Assembly (NCBI GenBank): GCA_903901225.1
Contig: CAIUQE010000019.1
Coordinates: 1,146-65,145 of the forward strand
DNA: 64,000 bases
Source of the DNA: Candidatus Omnitrophota bacterium
GTDB lineage: Bacteria; Omnitrophota; Gorgyraeia; Zapsychrales; Fredricksoniimonadaceae
Reading direction: 5' to 3'
This document shows positions 60,960 through 64,000 of this stretch, piece by piece. Every line of letters starts with the position of its first letter. Position 1 is the stretch's first letter. The notes beneath the pieces were generated by a model. The model made no database searches, was not told the origin of the DNA, and saw nothing but the letters and a program-made list of their open reading frames with translations. Both the position numbers and the translations under genes were made by a program.

Positions 60960-63434
60960 ATGGTGAAGAAATTCGTTAAAAGATCGATCGCGTTATTGAC
61001 GCTTGTGACCTTCATGGCCATGAGCGTGCCGTCGTCTTATGCCCAGAGTGTTGTTCTGCCCAAACCCGGGACCATGGTGGCCCTGAGTGAAAGCTTCACG
61101 CCGCCGCTCTTAAAAGGCATTAAAGTTTATCCGGACAATCCATTCCGTCTTGATTTCATCCTTGATAAGGGCAATTCCAGCGATCCCGCTGATAAGTTAA
61201 AGGACGAGTCTTCCCGCCTGATCAAGTATTTCCTCGCGTCGGTCACGGTCCCTGAAAAAGATCTCTGGGTCAATCTCAGCCCTTATGAAAAAGACCGCAT
61301 TGTGCCGGAGGCGTTTGGCCAGACCGAGATGGGGCGTGACCTTTTGGCGCAGGATTATCTTTTGAAGCAGATCACAGCGTCGGTGATTTATCCCGAAGGC
61401 GAAGTCGGCAAGAAATTCTGGGCCAAGGTTTACGCCGAGGCGCAGAGCCGTTATGGCACAACCGATATCCCGGTCGACACCTTCAACAAGGTCTGGATCG
61501 TCCCGGAGAAGGCGGTCGTCTACGAGAACAAGGATGCCGCCTTTGTAGTTGAAAGCAAACTCAAGGTAATGCTGGAGTCAGATTATGTAGCCGCCACGCA
61601 AAATGAGGAGATGGTGCGTAGGGGCGGGTCTGTGACCCGCCCACATGAGCAAGATTCGCAAGAATTCGCCAAACCGATCCTGCGCGAAGTCGTCATTCCC
61701 ATTCTTGAGAAAGAGGTCAACGAAAGCCGGAATTTCGCCCAACTGCGGCAGGTCTATAATTCCCTCATTCTCGCCGTTTGGTTCAAGGACAAGGTCAAAG
61801 AAAGTATTTTCGGCAAGGCCTATGTCGACCGCGACAAGATCGCGGGGGTTGCTATCAACGATAAGGCGGAGAAGGAGAAGATCTGGGCGCGGTATGTGGA
61901 GTCGTTCAAGAAGGGTGTATATAACTATATCAAGGAAGAGAATGACCCCGGTACGCAAGATGTCATCCCGCGTAAATATTTCTCCGGCGGATTTAATATG
62001 AGGCTCGATCATGCGATGGTTGTGACCCATGACGCCGGGATGATCGCAGGGTTAAGGTCAGCTTTTAAGGTGATGGTTTTGTCGGTGGCGTTAACCATTG
62101 CAGGTGGTCAGACGCCTTTGGTCAATATGCCAGTAAAAATCCCGCCGGTTATCGCAGGTTCAGTAACAGATCGTTTGTTTAAATGGGTCGGTCATCAGTC
62201 ATGGATCACTTTTCAAATTTTTTCTATTGAAGGATGGAACGAGTACCTTATGTCAATTCGGCGACCTTTGAATACTGTAGGGGAAGCATCTTTTAATACT
62301 GGTACTGGATTGCAAATAATTCGTCTACCAATGCAGCCTAGAGAGGGAGGAGTTATAATACGTCCTCTTATTCATGAAATATCACATGCGATCATTAATC
62401 GAGAACATTTTCTAGGAAATCGAACATTTTTACTGCAAAAAGTCGAGGCTTTGGAAAAGGCGGTATTGGATAACGGGACACAGGAAGACATAAAGGCTTT
62501 TTACAAGATGTTTATGTTCTATAAATATCAATATAATTCACTATCACAATGGATCGTGGGTTATAAAAATGGTGAGATCGATGTTGATGAGTTATTGTCT
62601 CAGGTTAAGATCGTTAATCGTCAGGGAAGTGGATGGCGCGATGATTCTTATTTGAAGTCAGCGAAGATCGGGTTTGAAATGTTTTTGGAGCGAGGTAAGA
62701 TCCAATTGGGTGAGAAAGTCGTTTCGACAAGTACCTCGAATATTCCCTCTGGGCATCTCAGCGAGGATCGGGATTGGTGGGAAAAGATGAAGTCTGATCA
62801 GAAGTTGCAAGATTATATTGAGTCTTATTCTTGTCCGAACAGTGAGGCTTCCAATGAATTATTCGTTTATTTTGTTACGGCGTATACCAAGTGGCAGTAT
62901 TTCTATTATTTTGGTTCGACCCCTCAACCTCTTTCTGGCGCTCAAGAGGTGCATAAAAGTTTATCTGGTTTATCGCATAGTGGGAAGCTTGAGAAGACTG
63001 ATGATTCTAAGAAGCCAGAGCAGCATGAGAAGCCAGTAATGGCTGAAAAGTCTGGAGAAGCAGGACCTGCAATATTTGCTGTGGTGGAGCAATTCATAAT
63101 AGAAGCAGGGCTTCCGCCGGATATTGTTAGTTATGATAATTCAATGTCTTTCGCGTTGGCTCCTGAAAATATGTCTATACCTGATGAAAAGCCGTTACTG
63201 GGTGAGGGCAAACCTGTCAAGGCTGATAACGGTGGTATCGACCTAACCCGCGACAGGATGGGCCTTCAGGTTCACAGCGGCGGGCAAGGCGTTCAATTCA
63301 ACTTTGATCCTGCCATGATCCAGCAGTTACAGAATGCTCCCGGCCTGGCACCGGTGATCATCGACATCCAGCCGATGACTACCACTGTGCCGATGTTCCT
63401 GGGGCTTAAGGATGATGCGCCGGCGCAAGGCTGA
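60960..63434 (+). CDS. Sandwich-family secreted protein, copy 4 (HExxH zincin-like cargo)
   Basis: Signal peptide (SYA-Q); full conserved N-terminal domain to PRKYFSGG; LIHEISH (62373-62387); C-terminal GGIDL...DPAM...GLAPVIIDIQP...FLG. Confidence 0.9.
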   Translation: MVKKFVKRSIALLTLVTFMAMSVPSSYAQSVVLPKPGTMVALSESFTPPLLKGIKVYPDNPFRLDFILDKGNSSDPADKLKDESSRLIKYFLASVTVPEKDLWVNLSPYEKDRIVPEAFGQTEMGRDLLAQDYLLKQITASVIYPEGEVGKKFWAKVYAEAQSRYGTTDIPVDTFNKVWIVPEKAVVYENKDAAFVVESKLKVMLESDYVAATQNEEMVRRGGSVTRPHEQDSQEFAKPILREVVIPILEKEVNESRNFAQLRQVYNSLILAVWFKDKVKESIFGKAYVDRDKIAGVAINDKAEKEKIWARYVESFKKGVYNYIKEENDPGTQDVIPRKYFSGGFNMRLDHAMVVTHDAGMIAGLRSAFKVMVLSVALTIAGGQTPLVNMPVKIPPVIAGSVTDRLFKWVGHQSWITFQIFSIEGWNEYLMSIRRPLNTVGEASFNTGTGLQIIRLPMQPREGGVIIRPLIHEISHAIINREHFLGNRTFLLQKVEALEKAVLDNGTQEDIKAFYKMFMFYKYQYNSLSQWIVGYKNGEIDVDELLSQVKIVNRQGSGWRDDSYLKSAKIGFEMFLERGKIQLGEKVVSTSTSNIPSGHLSEDRDWWEKMKSDQKLQDYIESYSCPNSEASNELFVYFVTAYTKWQYFYYFGSTPQPLSGAQEVHKSLSGLSHSGKLEKTDDSKKPEQHEKPVMAEKSGEAGPAIFAVVEQFIIEAGLPPDIVSYDNSMSFALAPENMSIPDEKPLLGEGKPVKADNGGIDLTRDRMGLQVHSGGQGVQFNFDPAMIQQLQNAPGLAPVIIDIQPMTTTVPMFLGLKDDAPAQG
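61618..61642 (+). repeat. GTAG-type REP hairpin inside copy 4
   Basis: GTAG-GGGCGGGTC-tgt-GACCCGCCC (perfect 9-bp stem). Confidence 0.85.
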
Positions 63435-63443
63435 CCGCCACGA

Positions 63444-63472
63444 TTGACAGCAGGGGATAGAAATGGTATATT
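63444..63472 (+). promoter_or_regulatory. Sigma70 promoter of brnT-brnA
   Basis: TTGACA-17 nt-TATATT with extended TG; ATG 9 nt downstream and no SD. Confidence 0.65.
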
Positions 63473-63481
63473 TTTTATACT

Positions 63482-63745
63482 ATGATCAACTTTGAATTTG
63501 ATCAGGCTAAAAGCCAGTCCAACTTGAAGAAACACGGCATAGATTTTGAAAAAGCCAAAACGATCTGGGAAGATCCTGATTTTATCGAAGTGCCGGCGCG
63601 CGTGCAAGATGAGCCAAGATCATTGGTTGTGGGGCGGTTAGAGGGTAAATTATGGTCGGCTGTCGTTACATATCGGAATGACAGGGTGAGAATTATTTCC
63701 GTGCGTCGCGCAAGGCCGGAGGAGGAGGCTGTTTATGAAAGCTAA
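63482..63745 (+). CDS. brnT: BrnT family toxin
   Basis: FEFD..KS.SN..KHGIDFE.A..IW.D, E.R...VG, VVT.R...RIISVRRAR..E...YE. Confidence 0.92.
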   Translation: MINFEFDQAKSQSNLKKHGIDFEKAKTIWEDPDFIEVPARVQDEPRSLVVGRLEGKLWSAVVTYRNDRVRIISVRRARPEEEAVYES

Positions 63746-63959
63746 AGAATTTGATGCTCATTTTGACGCCGGCGAGAACGTTACAAAACATTTGAATCTC
63801 GCCAAAACAAGACGCGGTGGGCAGGAGATCCGGCGTGTTAACGTGGATTTCCCCGTGTGGATGTTGAATTCGCTTGATAAAGAGGCTGGCCGCCTTGGCG
63901 TTTCGCGCCAAGCGGTTGTCAAGGTCCTGGTGGCCCAGCATTTTCATGTAGCTGCGTAG
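63735..63959 (+). CDS. BrnA/CopG-type (RHH) antitoxin
   Basis: MKAKEFD..FD.GE.V...L...RRVNVDFP.WM..SLD.EA.RLGVSRQ.VVK; overlaps brnT. Confidence 0.88.
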   Translation: MKAKEFDAHFDAGENVTKHLNLAKTRRGGQEIRRVNVDFPVWMLNSLDKEAGRLGVSRQAVVKVLVAQHFHVAA

Positions 63960-64000
63960 GCTGTATTTGAATGACGGATGTACCACAAGTGGTTTGGGCA

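Noticed and set aside
63482-63959. Immunity genes for copy 4
   Set aside because: They form a recognisable BrnT-BrnA pair with their own promoter.
59390-64000. tRNA-Phe-anchored integrative element carrying copy 4
   Set aside because: No integrase and no duplicate of the tRNA 3' end within the window; cannot be excluded beyond the edge.

Overview
Bacterial chromosome segment of about 60% GC with a diderm envelope (bamD, lptE, lnt, lipid A acyltransferase). Gene content and order suggest a PVC-superphylum organism, probably Omnitrophota; this is an inference, not tested. The backbone is housekeeping: prfC (truncated by the window edge), era, thiS-thiG fusion, thiH, leuS, deoC, comEA, comEC, bamD, lptE, holA, rpsT, murJ, uvrC, ychF, prfB with its programmed +1 frameshift, secA, lnt, DUF47/PiT and tRNA-Phe, plus three type II toxin-antitoxin pairs. 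The standout feature is a family of four paralogous large genes inserted between housekeeping genes (16572-21665 on -, 27256-30585, 30461-33697 and 60960-63434 on +). They share a sandwich architecture: signal peptide, a conserved ~330-aa N-terminal domain ending PRKYF.GG, an unrelated AT-richer central cargo (radical SAM, HExxH zincin, possible GNAT-like, unknown) often bordered by D-x-A-M motifs, and a conserved C-terminal GGID[LM]...G[LV].PVI...FL tail. Copy 2 lacks most of the tail and copy 3 lacks the signal peptide because the two are joined out of frame at a short microhomology. One linker of the conserved domain carries GTAG-type REP hairpins translated in frame, in different reading frames in different copies. 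Smaller points: a (CCACG)7 repeat at the 5' end of a LamG gene, three small ORFs missed by the ORF track, and a YkgJ-DUF2156 fusion beside a free tRNA-binding domain. All family assignments come from motif recognition by eye; no searches were run.
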